The notes beneath the pieces are model-generated. The model worked only from the letters and a program-made list of their open reading frames with translations. It searched no databases and was not told the DNA's origin. The position numbers were made by a program, and so were the translations under genes. A stretch of 37,100 nucleotides of DNA from Xuanwuvirus P884B11, in the sequence record NC_049391.1. One strand, given 5' to 3'. Of the stretch, positions 1 through 10,189 are shown one piece after another (within the stretch, counting starts at the first letter, position 1; the number at the start of each line of letters is the position of its first letter).

Positions 1-401
1 TGCCCTTCCAGCCCGCGTGGCGGCTGGATCCGTCAAGGATCCGTGCGTGCACAAAAAAACGCGCTTTTTCTGCGCGCAGGTGACGGGGGGACAGGTTTCA
101 GGGGGTAAATAGCATCCCCTGAACGATGTCGCAGCAACACAACAGAATGGCTGTATTTCTCACGCTGAGCGTGAAAAAGACGTGAGGGCTTTTGATTTGA
201 TGGGGTGAAAGGTAAGGCCGTCAAAATCGCACTGAGGCGGCGAGAACATGCAGTTAACGCGGTGGGATTGCGTAAGAATCAGACCGTCGATGATGGCAAT
301 AAGCAGGAAAGCGTCGTGAAATTATCTGACTGATACAGGAGCTGGAGAGTCGGGGCATAAATTTTTTATGCCCCGGCGAAGCAGCAGACAAGCGAAGCGC
401 G

Positions 402-1448
402 TCAGGATGTGGGCTGGGTGTCCAGCAGTGCATAAGGGTTAAAGCGGATCACCTCTTCGCCAAGCCAGTCATTGATGTGCTTCATGGCCTCCATGACGGG
501 CATCAGCTCGTTAATTGCGTAAACCCGCGCGGCCTTCTCCACATCACCAAACGCACTTTTTTCACCCGGCATCGCCCCCATCAGTTGCGGCGGGACACGG
601 TGCGCAGCCAGCACATCATCACGGGATGCCGCCTTAACATTCATGAACTCATCCTTTGCGGTGATCTGCTGGAACGGCAAAATTTGCACCCCCTCTTTGC
701 CCCCGTTGGGCGCATGAATGAGCACGTTTTTAAACGCACCACCACCACGTGCACCCTGTAACGTTTCTTTCAGGGAGTCCATGCTTTCGCGGTTTACCTG
801 CGCTGCACCGATGTAGATGATGCACCCGGCGTGGGATCCGTTGTCGTAATACAGTTTTCTGAACATGTCCGCCGAATGAGACAGGCTGGCCGAGAGTAAT
901 GCGCCGAGATATTCCGGCATGCCGTAGATTTCCTGGTTAATATCCGGATTCATCAGGTGACACACTTTGCCGGGGCGAAACTGGAACGCGTCCTTGCCAT
1001 CCTGCACATACCACCATGATTCAAGATCGCTTCCGCGTCGCATGTATTTCGCCAGGGCGTGCCGTAATTTAAGCGGTTCGCCGAGCATATTGCTTCGAAG
1101 CTCAAGGAATGCGTTACCGAACACAAACCAGTCCAGCGCCAGCGCCGAGAAATCCTGCCGGGAAAGCAGCGGGTGCGGGATGTAGCAACCGAGTAATACA
1201 TTGCGCTTAAAGTAAAGCGCAGACTGATGCCAGGACGTTTGCCGGGCAGCTCTTGCCAGACCGTACCAGTCCACCGGGGTTTCATACCACCGCCCGTTAT
1301 CAGCACAGTACATATTATCCAGCAGGTCATGCCCGGTCAGGCGATAAGGCCCATCAAATGTGAATGCACTGAGCGACGATTCATTCCTGAGCGCATCAGC
1401 GAGATCAATGCGTGAACTCATGCGCACTTTTTTATTTTTTCTGCTCAT
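402..1448 (-). CDS. Q: Portal (capsid portal) protein, P2 gpQ-like
   Basis: 348-aa ORF; length, position next to terminase P and sequence resemble P2 Q as I recall it; start overlaps the P stop. Confidence 0.85.
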   Translation of the reverse strand: MSRKNKKVRMSSRIDLADALRNESSLSAFTFDGPYRLTGHDLLDNMYCADNGRWYETPVDWYGLARAARQTSWHQSALYFKRNVLLGCYIPHPLLSRQDFSALALDWFVFGNAFLELRSNMLGEPLKLRHALAKYMRRGSDLESWWYVQDGKDAFQFRPGKVCHLMNPDINQEIYGMPEYLGALLSASLSHSADMFRKLYYDNGSHAGCIIYIGAAQVNRESMDSLKETLQGARGGGAFKNVLIHAPNGGKEGVQILPFQQITAKDEFMNVKAASRDDVLAAHRVPPQLMGAMPGEKSAFGDVEKAARVYAINELMPVMEAMKHINDWLGEEVIRFNPYALLDTQPTS

Positions 1449-3199
1449 CAGAACTCCATAACCGTGAAACGCTCGTTTTCTCCTTCGCCGCCAATTGGTT
1501 CGTTAATGACAGCAAGCATGGTTGCCCACGCAAGGTCGCCGTGGCTGATCCCCCTCGCGCGGTCCGTTTCGTAAGTGATAAAGCCGCCCGGTGTTTTCAC
1601 CTTACGCACGGCGTTAAAGGCTGCGACCAGTTCGCGTTCGGCGCGATCGTATTCCCACCGCCCGGCGCGCATTATTTGCAGCATTTTCAGTACCAGCGAC
1701 CGTTTTGATGACAGCGTGAAGGTGTACGGAATAGCAGCAGGGAAAAACCGTTTCACTATCTGATAAACAGCCTCCCCGTTCCCGCCCGTCACATCAATGC
1801 CGATGTGTTCCACGTTGTAGCGACACGTGAACTCTTCAATGACTCTGGCCTGTTCTTCAAACTCCAGCCCCTGAACGCGTCGCGTCTCCACCGTTCGAAA
1901 ACGGCCACCAGGAACAGCCGGAGGGACCACCACGGACACCGCGCCGCTGTCGCCGTTGCCACTGCTGCCGTTTGCGTCATACCCAATCCATACCGGGCGA
2001 TTCCCCATCGGGCGGGGAGCAAAAGGTTTCCAGTCTTTCCAGTCGTCGTATCCGTCAACACCGCAGCCAATCAGGATATTCAGGTTAAATGCCGATTCCC
2101 CTTCGCGGACAAACTCACACATATAGAGATTGAGGAACTCGTCTTCGGTGTTTTCATCACGAATTTCGTCGATATCGGTGTGTTTCCAGCCGTGATTAAC
2201 CACATCTTCCAGCGTGACAATTTGCCGCCACGTCCGGTCAGGGCAGATAAGCCCGTTATGCAGCGTTTTCCAGTCCACAGAAAAACGCTGGCGTTTATGC
2301 GTGGCCTTTTTCTCGTTCCAGCGGTCGCCGTTCCAGTAGGCGTATGCCTCGTGCGTTTCGGTGGATGGCGTGGAGAAGTAGGTGCGCCGCAGTCCGCTGA
2401 GGGTTGCCATAGCGCCAGCCACCTTGCGCAGTTCAGCAAAGCGGCTGACCCAGAAAAATTCATCAAAATAAAAATTGCCAGTATAGGACTGTGCCGACGC
2501 AGCAGAAGTGCCGAGGAAATGCAGCTCTGCGCCGTTGGAGAGGATGATTTTATCACCCCCTTTCAGCTCCACATCAACTTCAGCCGCGGCCTTCTGAATA
2601 ATGCTTTTAAACTGGAACGCCTGACGACGCGACGCAGACAAAAAAATCTGGTTACGCTGGTAAGGTTGCGCCACATCGTCACGCAGCGCCATCAACAGTG
2701 CTTCCTGTGCAAAATACCAGGTCGCCCCAATCTGTCGGGATTTCAGGATCATCCTGTTACGTATCCCGGCTTCCCTGCAAAGGGTCAGGGCGTCAAACCA
2801 GCCCCGCTGATGCCACTCCAGCCTGCTGATGATTTTTTCCCGCAGTGCGGCAATCTGTTCCGGCGTGAAATGATTTTTAAGTTTTTTCGCCCGGGTTTTC
2901 TTTCCTGTGGCCGTCGCATCCGGCTGGTCATTATGCAGTTTTTTAAGCTGCCGGGTCAGCAGGTCTATTTCCTTGAAGTCACCACCTGTTTTATTCTGTT
3001 TTTCAGTAAGCTGGATGAGGCGCGCATCGATGGACTGCGTGACACGCTGCACGGGTGGCGTTTCATCCCACTGATCGCGTTTTTTCCACGCATAAATCGT
3101 GTTCGGGTTTATTCCCATCAGACGTGATATTTCTGCGGGCGGATAACCCTGCCAGTAAAGTTGTCGCGCACGCTGGCGCACAAAAGCGTCCTGAATCAT
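1448..3199 (-). CDS. P: Terminase large (ATPase) subunit, P2 gpP-like
   Basis: 583-aa ORF divergent from the O-N-M capsid operon, as in P2; N-terminal HTH-like segment followed by a large ATPase/nuclease body. Confidence 0.85.
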   Translation of the reverse strand: MIQDAFVRQRARQLYWQGYPPAEISRLMGINPNTIYAWKKRDQWDETPPVQRVTQSIDARLIQLTEKQNKTGGDFKEIDLLTRQLKKLHNDQPDATATGKKTRAKKLKNHFTPEQIAALREKIISRLEWHQRGWFDALTLCREAGIRNRMILKSRQIGATWYFAQEALLMALRDDVAQPYQRNQIFLSASRRQAFQFKSIIQKAAAEVDVELKGGDKIILSNGAELHFLGTSAASAQSYTGNFYFDEFFWVSRFAELRKVAGAMATLSGLRRTYFSTPSTETHEAYAYWNGDRWNEKKATHKRQRFSVDWKTLHNGLICPDRTWRQIVTLEDVVNHGWKHTDIDEIRDENTEDEFLNLYMCEFVREGESAFNLNILIGCGVDGYDDWKDWKPFAPRPMGNRPVWIGYDANGSSGNGDSGAVSVVVPPAVPGGRFRTVETRRVQGLEFEEQARVIEEFTCRYNVEHIGIDVTGGNGEAVYQIVKRFFPAAIPYTFTLSSKRSLVLKMLQIMRAGRWEYDRAERELVAAFNAVRKVKTPGGFITYETDRARGISHGDLAWATMLAVINEPIGGEGENERFTVMEF

Positions 3200-3353
3200 T
3201 GCTCCCCCTGAGTAATTACAGGAAGATTACCCGCGCGCGAAATCGTTCTCCTTACCCCCCTGTTCTGGCTGTTTTCTTACAACAAAAGCCCTTTGTATCA
3301 GCCTGTTACGCTTTGCCATCATGACTGAAGAACCAGTCAGAGGGGCAAAAACT

Positions 3354-4190
3354 ATGGCTAATGAAAAAAAGACATCCCGCAAAAAGTTTCGCGTGGCTGT
3401 CTCCGGATCAACTGTTGATGGACGCGAAATCAGCCCGGTACATCTGCGTGAAGCCGCCGAGAACTTCAACCCGGATGTTTACGCTGCCCGCGTGAACGTT
3501 GAGCACTATCTCTCGCCATGCCCGTCAAGCGAATTTTCCGCAATGGGCGATGTCACCGCACTGAGTACGGAAGATATTACGGAAGGCCCGCTGGCCGGAC
3601 GTACTGCGTTGTATGCAGAAATCGAACCGACCGAGCGCATGAAGCAGCTTGTCGCTGACGGCAAGAAAATCTATTCCAGTATCGAACTGCACCCGCAGTT
3701 CTCCGTTAACGGGCGCGCCTATCTGGTCGGGCTGGCGATGACCGACACCCCGGCAAGCCTGGGCACTGAGCGCCTGAAATTCACGGCACAGCAACGTCAG
3801 GCAGTAATGACGTTCAACAGTGTCCAGGGTGAGGCACCGCTCATTTCCGAAGCCATCGAGTCTGAAATCATCGAAATGGCAGAACAACGCCAGGAAGAAG
3901 GCACCCAGTGGTTTAACCGCGTAATGGGGATTATTGGTCGTGGCCGCAAAGCGGATGACGCCAGTTTCTCCCGTATTCAGGAAGCGGTGGAAGGCGTCGC
4001 AACGTCACAGGCCGACATTATCGACCGTTTTAATGTGCTGGAAACCCGCCATCAGCAGGACCGCCAGAAAATCACGTCACTGACCACAGAGCTGGCAGCA
4101 CTGAAGGAAAAACTGCGCACGCAGGACGGCGATCCGCAGAACCGCTTCACCGCAACGGGCGCAGCCTCCGACCAGCTGGCTGACTTCTGA
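3354..4190 (+). CDS. O: Capsid scaffolding protein, P2 gpO-like
   Basis: Start set at MANEKK (GAGGGG RBS-like upstream), which aligns with the P2 gpO N-terminus; ORF track starts 11 codons earlier at 3321. Confidence 0.85.
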   Translation: MANEKKTSRKKFRVAVSGSTVDGREISPVHLREAAENFNPDVYAARVNVEHYLSPCPSSEFSAMGDVTALSTEDITEGPLAGRTALYAEIEPTERMKQLVADGKKIYSSIELHPQFSVNGRAYLVGLAMTDTPASLGTERLKFTAQQRQAVMTFNSVQGEAPLISEAIESEIIEMAEQRQEEGTQWFNRVMGIIGRGRKADDASFSRIQEAVEGVATSQADIIDRFNVLETRHQQDRQKITSLTTELAALKEKLRTQDGDPQNRFTATGAASDQLADF

Positions 4191-4213
4191 TAAGACAAAG
4201 GAGCAAATTTTTT

Positions 4214-5266
4214 ATGAATCTGGTGATGTCAGATATTACCCGCAACAAGCTGGGTTGCTATATGGCGCAGCAGGCGTCGCTTAACAACATCCCGGTATCT
4301 GCACTGGTATCGCGATTTACCGTGGAACCCTCGGTGCAGCAGCGTTTTGAAAACGCAGTAAAGGAGAGCACTGAATTTACAAAAAAAATTAACGTGTTCG
4401 GTGTGACCGACCAGAAAGGCGAAAAAATCCTCCTGGACACCACCGGGCCGATTGCGCGCACGAATACCAGTTATGACGGCACAAAACGCCGTAACCCGAA
4501 TAACGTGGTTGATCTGAAAAACCGCAAATACCAGTGCGAACAGGTGAACTACGACACGTTTATTTCGTATCCGCAGCTTGATGCCTGGGCGGCACACCCT
4601 GATTTTCAGTCCCGCGTCAGCACACAGATTGCCCGGCAGGTGGCGCTTGACCGCATCATGATCGGTTTCAACGGCACGTCTCACGCAGATGAGTCCAACT
4701 TCAGCACCAACAAGCTGCTTCAGGACGTTAACGTGGGATGGCTGGAGCACATCAGAACCGACGCCAGCGAGCGCGTAATGAATGACGTGACGCTGACCTC
4801 CCGCAACATGGACAACACCGTGGCGCACGCGGGTAAGTATGCGAACGCTGATGCACTGGTACAGGACGCGCGCTCATCCCTGCTGGATGAATGGCACAAG
4901 GAAGCTGACGACCTCGTGGTGATTATGGGGCGCAACCTGTTTAACTCGCTGCGTCTGCCCGTGCTGAACAGCATCAGCGGCCAGAATCCCAATGCGGAAT
5001 TACTTGCCGGGCAGCTCATCCTGTCATCGCGCGCCATTGGCGGACTGGATGTATTCCTTGCGCCGTTCTTCCCGGATTCAACGATGCTGATCACCTCGTT
5101 CAACAACCTGTCGATTTACTGGCAGAAAGGAACAATGCGTCGCCTGATGAAAGACGAGCCGGAATACAACCGCATCGCCACCTACCAGTCCATCAATGAC
5201 GCTTATGTCGTTGAAGACTATGGCAAGTGCGCGATGGTCACTGGCCTGAAGTTCGCCGACAGCTAA
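4214..5266 (+). CDS. N: Major capsid protein, P2 gpN-like
   Basis: 350-aa ORF with AAGGAG RBS 9 nt upstream; FTVEPSV N-terminal motif and VEDY C-terminal region as in P2 N. Confidence 0.88.
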   Translation: MNLVMSDITRNKLGCYMAQQASLNNIPVSALVSRFTVEPSVQQRFENAVKESTEFTKKINVFGVTDQKGEKILLDTTGPIARTNTSYDGTKRRNPNNVVDLKNRKYQCEQVNYDTFISYPQLDAWAAHPDFQSRVSTQIARQVALDRIMIGFNGTSHADESNFSTNKLLQDVNVGWLEHIRTDASERVMNDVTLTSRNMDNTVAHAGKYANADALVQDARSSLLDEWHKEADDLVVIMGRNLFNSLRLPVLNSISGQNPNAELLAGQLILSSRAIGGLDVFLAPFFPDSTMLITSFNNLSIYWQKGTMRRLMKDEPEYNRIATYQSINDAYVVEDYGKCAMVTGLKFADS

Positions 5267-5311
5267 TCAAATCACGGCGGGCATCATGCCCGCCTGTAAC
5301 GGAGAGAAAAA

Positions 5312-6112
5312 ATGATTACTCCTGCACAGCAACACTGGCAGAACGTGATGGCACAGCGCGCAGGCCGGGCGAATGAAGGCGTGGACCACGCCGCGCGTAC
5401 CGCGCATGAAGAGGTGCTGTATCGTCTGCGTCTGGCACAGGCCCGGCTTAAGGGCGTACAGGCCAGAAGCGCGAAAGCCGCCATCAAAAAAGAGTTGTTG
5501 CCGGACTTTTCCGGCTGGATTGAGGGAACGCTGGAGGCTGACGGCGGGCAGCAGGATGAAGTGATTGCCACGCTGATGGTGTGGGCGATTGACTGCGGCG
5601 ATCTTCCGCTGGCGCTGCGTATTGGTGCATATGTGGTCCGTCACAACCTCATCATGCCGGATAACTTTGGCCGTACTGCTGCCACGGTACTGACCGAAGA
5701 AATCTGCAACCCGGTACTGACGCAGGCCGGGACGGATGCCGACGCGGATTTGTCCGCCTTTATCGAACCACTGGACACCCTCCGGGAGATTGTCACCGAC
5801 CAGGACATGCCGGACGAAGTGCGCGCCAAATTATGCAAGGCGTGCGCCTTTGCCCGTCGTGGTCTGCGTGATGCGGACAGCATGGCCCTGTCACTGAAGC
5901 TGCTGCGCGAAGCAATGCACCTGAACCCGAACGCAGGTGTGAAACGCGAGATTGCAACCCTTTCCCGCGCCCTGAAAAAAGCCGATTCCGCAGCCGCACC
6001 AGAAGATGCCAGCACACCGCAGGCGCAGGACGAAAGCAGCAAAAGTAAAAAGACAACGCGGAAGCCTGCAACACGAAAAACCACCGCGACGCAGAAGGCG
6101 AAGCGCGGTTAA
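5312..6112 (+). CDS. M: Terminase small (endonuclease) subunit, P2 gpM-like
   Basis: 266-aa ORF directly after N; basic Lys/Arg/Thr-rich C-terminal tail; position as in the P2 O-N-M-L operon. Confidence 0.8.
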   Translation: MITPAQQHWQNVMAQRAGRANEGVDHAARTAHEEVLYRLRLAQARLKGVQARSAKAAIKKELLPDFSGWIEGTLEADGGQQDEVIATLMVWAIDCGDLPLALRIGAYVVRHNLIMPDNFGRTAATVLTEEICNPVLTQAGTDADADLSAFIEPLDTLREIVTDQDMPDEVRAKLCKACAFARRGLRDADSMALSLKLLREAMHLNPNAGVKREIATLSRALKKADSAAAPEDASTPQAQDESSKSKKTTRKPATRKTTATQKAKRG

Positions 6113-6214
6113 CGACTGACCCCGTCAGCGGGCGGCGTGCGCGGTGTTCCGGTTTGACTCCGTGACCGTTTACACCGCGCACCCACCGCCCGATTTTTTT
6201 CAGGAGTGAACCCC

Positions 6215-6709
6215 ATGAGTATGGTTGCCAGAACCAACCCCGGACCCGCAGAGGACGACATCACCGATACCGATGATGGTGATACCCGTATTTCAGCGGG
6301 TGCATTCTGGCCGGATATTGTGCTGCGTGAGCTGCGTCTGGCGATACGACTGCCGGGCCGTGTGACCACCTCCCGCCTGCTGCATACCGCCACCGGGGCC
6401 GTGGCACACGTTACCCGCGAGCTGGAAGCGTGGCAGCAGGAACAGCAGGCGGCTGGCCATCAGACGCTGGCCGATGTTCCGGCACCCGTAATTAACGGAG
6501 AAAGCGTCAATCTCTGGCACTGGCGCAATGCCGTTTATACCGCCACACGCGCCCTGATTCTGGAGCGTTACCGCGATGCGGACACAACGGATAAGGGCGA
6601 CCGCCGCGCGGACGCACTGGATATACAGACATCGGATTTGTGGCGCGATGTAAGCTGGGCCATCTCTGACATTCTGCGCCGCCCGCGAATCTTTGCGGAG
6701 TTGTGCTGA
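6215..6709 (+). CDS. L: Head completion/stabilisation protein, P2 gpL-like
   Basis: ATG at 6215 with CAGGAG RBS 8 nt upstream (track offers GTG at 6206); size and position match P2 L. Confidence 0.8.
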   Translation: MSMVARTNPGPAEDDITDTDDGDTRISAGAFWPDIVLRELRLAIRLPGRVTTSRLLHTATGAVAHVTRELEAWQQEQQAAGHQTLADVPAPVINGESVNLWHWRNAVYTATRALILERYRDADTTDKGDRRADALDIQTSDLWRDVSWAISDILRRPRIFAELC

Positions 6710-6909
6710 TGAAAGTGAAGGCACTGGAAAGCGACACCGTGGATTCGCTCTGTTTCCGGTACTACGGCACGACGCAGGGCGTCACCGAAAAGGTGCTGGA
6801 TGCAAACCCCGGACTCTGTCAGCAGGTATTTCTGGACGCCGGGCAGGAAGTGGAGATGCCGGAGCCGGAGAAGAAGAAACGAGAAATGATTCAGTTGTGG
6901 GGGGAGTAG
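6709..6909 (+). CDS. X: Tail protein X (LysM-like), P2 gpX-like
   Basis: About 67 aa; ATG overlaps the L stop (TGATG); CxRYYG..G..E.VL.ANPGL motif as in P2 X. Confidence 0.8.
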   Translation: MKVKALESDTVDSLCFRYYGTTQGVTEKVLDANPGLCQQVFLDAGQEVEMPEPEKKKREMIQLWGE

Positions 6910-6911
6910 CA

Positions 6912-7235
6912 GTGAGCACCATTCAAACAGGGATCACAGAGCAGGTTATTGCATGGCTCTTTGACCACCTGCCAACGGTGTATGCAGTAGGCGCGGCGGT
7001 CAGCATTTCCGCGCTGATGAGTCTTTATGACGGACGAACACTGGTTCAGACCGTAACGGGATCGCTGGCGTGCGGCGTTCTTGCCATGGCCGTGGCCGGG
7101 TCGTTGCGCTTCTTCGGTTTTCCTGAAGATGCCGTGACGTTTATCGGCGCATCAATCGGTTTTATGGGGGCAGAGAAAGCACGCGACAAGGTTATTGCTG
7201 CCTTTAATCGCAGGGTGAAGGAGAAGGACGAATGA
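6912..7235 (+). CDS. Holin (P2 gpY position)
   Basis: GTG start with GGGGAG RBS; about 107 aa with predicted TM helices (AVGAAVSISALM, GSLACGVLAMAVAG); immediately upstream of the endolysin. Confidence 0.65.
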   Translation: MSTIQTGITEQVIAWLFDHLPTVYAVGAAVSISALMSLYDGRTLVQTVTGSLACGVLAMAVAGSLRFFGFPEDAVTFIGASIGFMGAEKARDKVIAAFNRRVKEKDE

Positions 7236-7624
7236 GCAACACATTTAAATTCAGCAGCCGGAGCGAAAAGAATTTGCAGGGCGTAAATCCTGATCTGGTG
7301 AAAGTGACCAGACGGGCACTGGAAATTTCGGAAGTGGATTTTGGTATCACCGAAGGGTTGCGCAGCCGTTACCGCCAGAAGCAACTTGTGGCCACAGGTA
7401 AGAGCCAGACCATGAACAGCCGCCACCTTACGGGACATGCCGTGGATGTTGTGGCTTATATCGGCAGCCAGGTGTCATGGGAATGGCCGCTGTACGAAAA
7501 AATCGCAGCAGCATTCAGACAGGCCAGCCGGGAACTGAATATTCCGGTGGAATGGGGCGGCGACTGGAAGACCCTGAAAGACGGACCGCATTTTCAGTTA
7601 CCACACGGAGCCTATCCGGCATGA
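7232..7624 (+). CDS. Endolysin, peptidase M15 family (zinc D-Ala-D-Ala carboxypeptidase-like / L-Ala-D-Glu peptidase-like)
   Basis: 130 aa; SRHLTGHAVDV and a C-terminal H motif typical of M15/VanY-like peptidases; sits in the lysis-cassette position held by lysozyme K in P2. Confidence 0.75.
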   Translation: MSNTFKFSSRSEKNLQGVNPDLVKVTRRALEISEVDFGITEGLRSRYRQKQLVATGKSQTMNSRHLTGHAVDVVAYIGSQVSWEWPLYEKIAAAFRQASRELNIPVEWGGDWKTLKDGPHFQLPHGAYPA

Positions 7625-8028
7625 AGCTCTGGCCCACGCTGGGCGTCGCTTTCCTTCTGATTGCCGCATGGGGAACATCCATGCGTCTGTCGTGGTCGCT
7701 GGGCCGGGAGAACGCCAGAAACGAAGCGCAGGCCAGCACCCTGAAAAGTACCGCCGACACCCTGAATATCATCAGCGCCGGGGTACAGGATATGCAGCAG
7801 GTGCTGGCGCAACTCCGCGTGGAAAATCAGCAACGCAATCAGGACGGAGAGGTAAGACGTGAACAGCTACGCAACGATATTGCAAAAGATGAATGCGCCC
7901 ACGCTTTGCCTGACGCTCGTTTTACTGACAGGCTGCGCAGGCACGCAGAACGCGCCACTGCCAGCGCCGTCAGTCCGGCTTATACCGCAGACGCTGACCA
8001 TACCGGTAACGCCTCCCCCCTTCCCTGA
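7621..8028 (+). CDS. i-spanin (Rz / P2 LysB-like)
   Basis: ATG at 7621 overlaps the endolysin stop; N-terminal TM (LWPTLGVAFLLIAAWG) then charged coiled-coil-like periplasmic domain; a lipoprotein ORF is nested in another frame. Confidence 0.7.
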   Translation: MKLWPTLGVAFLLIAAWGTSMRLSWSLGRENARNEAQASTLKSTADTLNIISAGVQDMQQVLAQLRVENQQRNQDGEVRREQLRNDIAKDECAHALPDARFTDRLRRHAERATASAVSPAYTADADHTGNASPLP

Positions 8029-8179
8029 TACTCCCACCTGGGGAAATCTCGGTATATGGGGCGACCGCCTTCTGGATGCACTGGAAACCTGTAACGCGGA
8101 TAAACGGGCCATTGAATTACTGGAACAGCGCAGGCTGCAACGACTGAACAACGAGGATAACAACCATGCTGAAAACTGA
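7859..8179 (+). CDS. o-spanin lipoprotein (Rz1 / P2 LysC-like), nested in and extending beyond the i-spanin gene
   Basis: Signal peptide with lipobox LLTGC, proline-rich mature region; overlapped out of frame with the i-spanin ORF. Start could be GTG 7859 or ATG 7889. Confidence 0.65.
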   Translation: MNSYATILQKMNAPTLCLTLVLLTGCAGTQNAPLPAPSVRLIPQTLTIPVTPPPFPDTPTWGNLGIWGDRLLDALETCNADKRAIELLEQRRLQRLNNEDNNHAEN

Positions 8180-8633
8180 TTCCCTGCGTGAAGCCATGAC
8201 CCGTTCATGCCGATGGTGTCAGGCCAACCCGGAAAAATTCACCATTTTCGTGGAGAGCGGCAACATTGAAACGACCGGAGAAACGCCCTCGTTTGTTTAC
8301 CGCTATCAGATGGTGATGTTTGTCATGGATTACGCCGGGGAGCTGGACGACCTCACGCTGCCGCTGCTGGCGTGGTTATCCGAAAATCAGCCACAGTTGT
8401 TGCTCAATCCGGAGCGTAATCAGGACATCAAATTCTCCGCCGTTATCAATGACGATGACAGCGCCGATCTCCTGTTTACGCTCCCCCTGCGGGAACGCGT
8501 TCGCATCACGCGCAGCAGTCAGGGCACACCGCAGGCAGAACACCTGCCTGAGCCAAAACCCCGCCTGCCATCTTCCGAAGGCGACTGGTCGCATGTATTC
8601 CAGGATGTGACGTGGGGTGAAAGCGATGGATAA
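8166..8633 (+). CDS. R: Tail completion protein, P2 gpR-like
   Basis: 155 aa, same length and position as P2 R. Confidence 0.8.
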   Translation: MLKTDSLREAMTRSCRWCQANPEKFTIFVESGNIETTGETPSFVYRYQMVMFVMDYAGELDDLTLPLLAWLSENQPQLLLNPERNQDIKFSAVINDDDSADLLFTLPLRERVRITRSSQGTPQAEHLPEPKPRLPSSEGDWSHVFQDVTWGESDG

Positions 8634-9261
8634 GGCATTCACCCGCGTGGATGAAACCTTTGAGGCCATCCGCGACAGCCTGAATCAGCAGGCCATCAAT
8701 AACATCGCCAGAAAGCTGGCACAGGATTTACGCCGCGCCCAGCAGGCGCGTATCCGGTCACAGAAAGCGCCGGACGGGACCGCGTGGACACCACGCAGAC
8801 GCCGCGTAACCCGGATACAGGAACGCATTCGCTTTATCTGGAATAACGAAGCACGCACGCTGAAAAACTGGCATCACGACACGGGGAAATACGGGCGAAC
8901 CATTACCGGGTGGGATGAGGATAAAAACAATATCCGCACGTTTTACCGGGATGACATCGACCGTTTTCTGGAAATACGCACCCGGCGCATCAACCAGGAC
9001 AGCACAAAGCGCGTCCCCATGTTCGTAAAAATGCGCACCGCCCGCTACCTGAAAGCCCGTGCAGATGCTTCCGGTGTGACGGTGGGTTACAGCGGCGTGG
9101 CTGCACGTATTGCACGCGTTCATCAGTTCGGTGAGCGCGATCAGGTTGCGTCGGGCATTTTCACCGATTACCCGGTACGTGAGCTGTTGGGCATCAGTCA
9201 GGCAGATGAGCGCCTGATTTATAACACTGTGCTGGGCCGGATTGCGGAGGCTGTACGGTGA
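8626..9261 (+). CDS. S: Tail completion / virion morphogenesis protein, P2 gpS-like
   Basis: ORF after R with overlapping start; longer than P2 S (about 211 vs about 150 aa); assigned by position and size class, start codon uncertain (8617 GTG or 8626 ATG). Confidence 0.65.
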   Translation: MDKAFTRVDETFEAIRDSLNQQAINNIARKLAQDLRRAQQARIRSQKAPDGTAWTPRRRRVTRIQERIRFIWNNEARTLKNWHHDTGKYGRTITGWDEDKNNIRTFYRDDIDRFLEIRTRRINQDSTKRVPMFVKMRTARYLKARADASGVTVGYSGVAARIARVHQFGERDQVASGIFTDYPVRELLGISQADERLIYNTVLGRIAEAVR

Positions 9262-9839
9262 GCGCAGAACTCATGCGACTGCTGAGCAATATCATCCGCA
9301 CCGGGATCATCTCTGAAGTTGATGAGGGATCCTGGTGCGTGCGCGTTCGCAGCGGCGAACTGGAAACAGGCTGGCTGCGCTGGAACACCACGCGCGCAGG
9401 TGCCTTCAATGTGTGGCTGCCGCCATCACCCGGCGAACAGGTGGTAATTGCCTGCATCGGCGGCAATCCGGAAACCGCCATGATAATCGGCAGCCTGTGG
9501 AGTGATGCCAGTCCGGCCCCCGGCAAAAGCCTGAAAGAAATCGTGGTCAGCGCGCCGGATGGCGCGGTGTTCCGCTACGACGCAGACGCAGGCGCACTGA
9601 GCGCCAGCGGCATGAAAACAGCCACCCTGCAGGCATCCGTCAGCGTGACACTGGATACGCCTGTCGTGGAATGCACAGACCTTCTGAGAACAGCGACGCT
9701 TGACGTCACAAAAGGGGGAAAGATGAGCGGCAATATCACGCACAGCGGCGGCGATTTCACCTCAAACGGCATCACAGTGCATACGCATAAGCACGGTGGC
9801 GTTAAAGGTGGCAGCGATTCGACAGGAGGCCCGCAGTGA
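9258..9839 (+). CDS. V: Baseplate spike / assembly protein, P2 gpV-like
   Basis: 193 aa; position before W-J-I; Gly/Ser-rich C-terminus typical of spike apex proteins. Confidence 0.8.
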   Translation: MSAELMRLLSNIIRTGIISEVDEGSWCVRVRSGELETGWLRWNTTRAGAFNVWLPPSPGEQVVIACIGGNPETAMIIGSLWSDASPAPGKSLKEIVVSAPDGAVFRYDADAGALSASGMKTATLQASVSVTLDTPVVECTDLLRTATLDVTKGGKMSGNITHSGGDFTSNGITVHTHKHGGVKGGSDSTGGPQ

Positions 9840-10186
9840 CAACCCGCTACACAGGAATGAATCCGGACGGGACGGGAAACCTGAACGATACGGAGCACCT
9901 GAAACAGTCAGTCAGGGACATCCTGACCACCCCGCTGGCAAGCCGGGTTATGCGACGGGAATATGGCAGCCTTGTGCCTGATTTGATTGACGAACCCATG
10001 AATAACACCACGCGTCTGCAATGCATGAGTGCTGCCGTGATTGCGCTGACACGATGGGAACCCCGCATTGCCCTGGACGCCATCGACGTTGTCTGGAAAG
10101 CGGGAGGCCGCGCCGGGGTGACGCTGTCGGGCACTGTCATGCAGACCATGCAGAATGTTGAATTAACCATCACGCTGAGGGAGTAA
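9836..10186 (+). CDS. W: Baseplate wedge protein, P2 gpW-like (gp25-like)
   Basis: 116 aa, overlapping start with the V stop; size and position as P2 W. Confidence 0.8.
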   Translation: MTTRYTGMNPDGTGNLNDTEHLKQSVRDILTTPLASRVMRREYGSLVPDLIDEPMNNTTRLQCMSAAVIALTRWEPRIALDAIDVVWKAGGRAGVTLSGTVMQTMQNVELTITLRE

Positions 10187-10189
10187 ATC

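Noticed and set aside
33-224. 63-aa minus-strand ORF at the window start
   Set aside because: No RBS, Pro/Arg-rich translation in a probable non-coding cos-proximal region.
1-400. Possible cos site left of Q (GCGTGGCGG-like motif at about 14-24; palindrome GGGGCATAAATTTTTTATGCCCC at 349-371)
   Set aside because: I cannot match the P2 or 186 cohesive-end sequence reliably from memory and the palindrome lacks terminator or cos context. It would need alignment to known cos sequences or end-mapping.
1805-3127. 440-aa plus-strand ORF
   Set aside because: Lies entirely antisense within terminase gene P; no RBS, composition typical of a GC-rich antisense frame; spurious.
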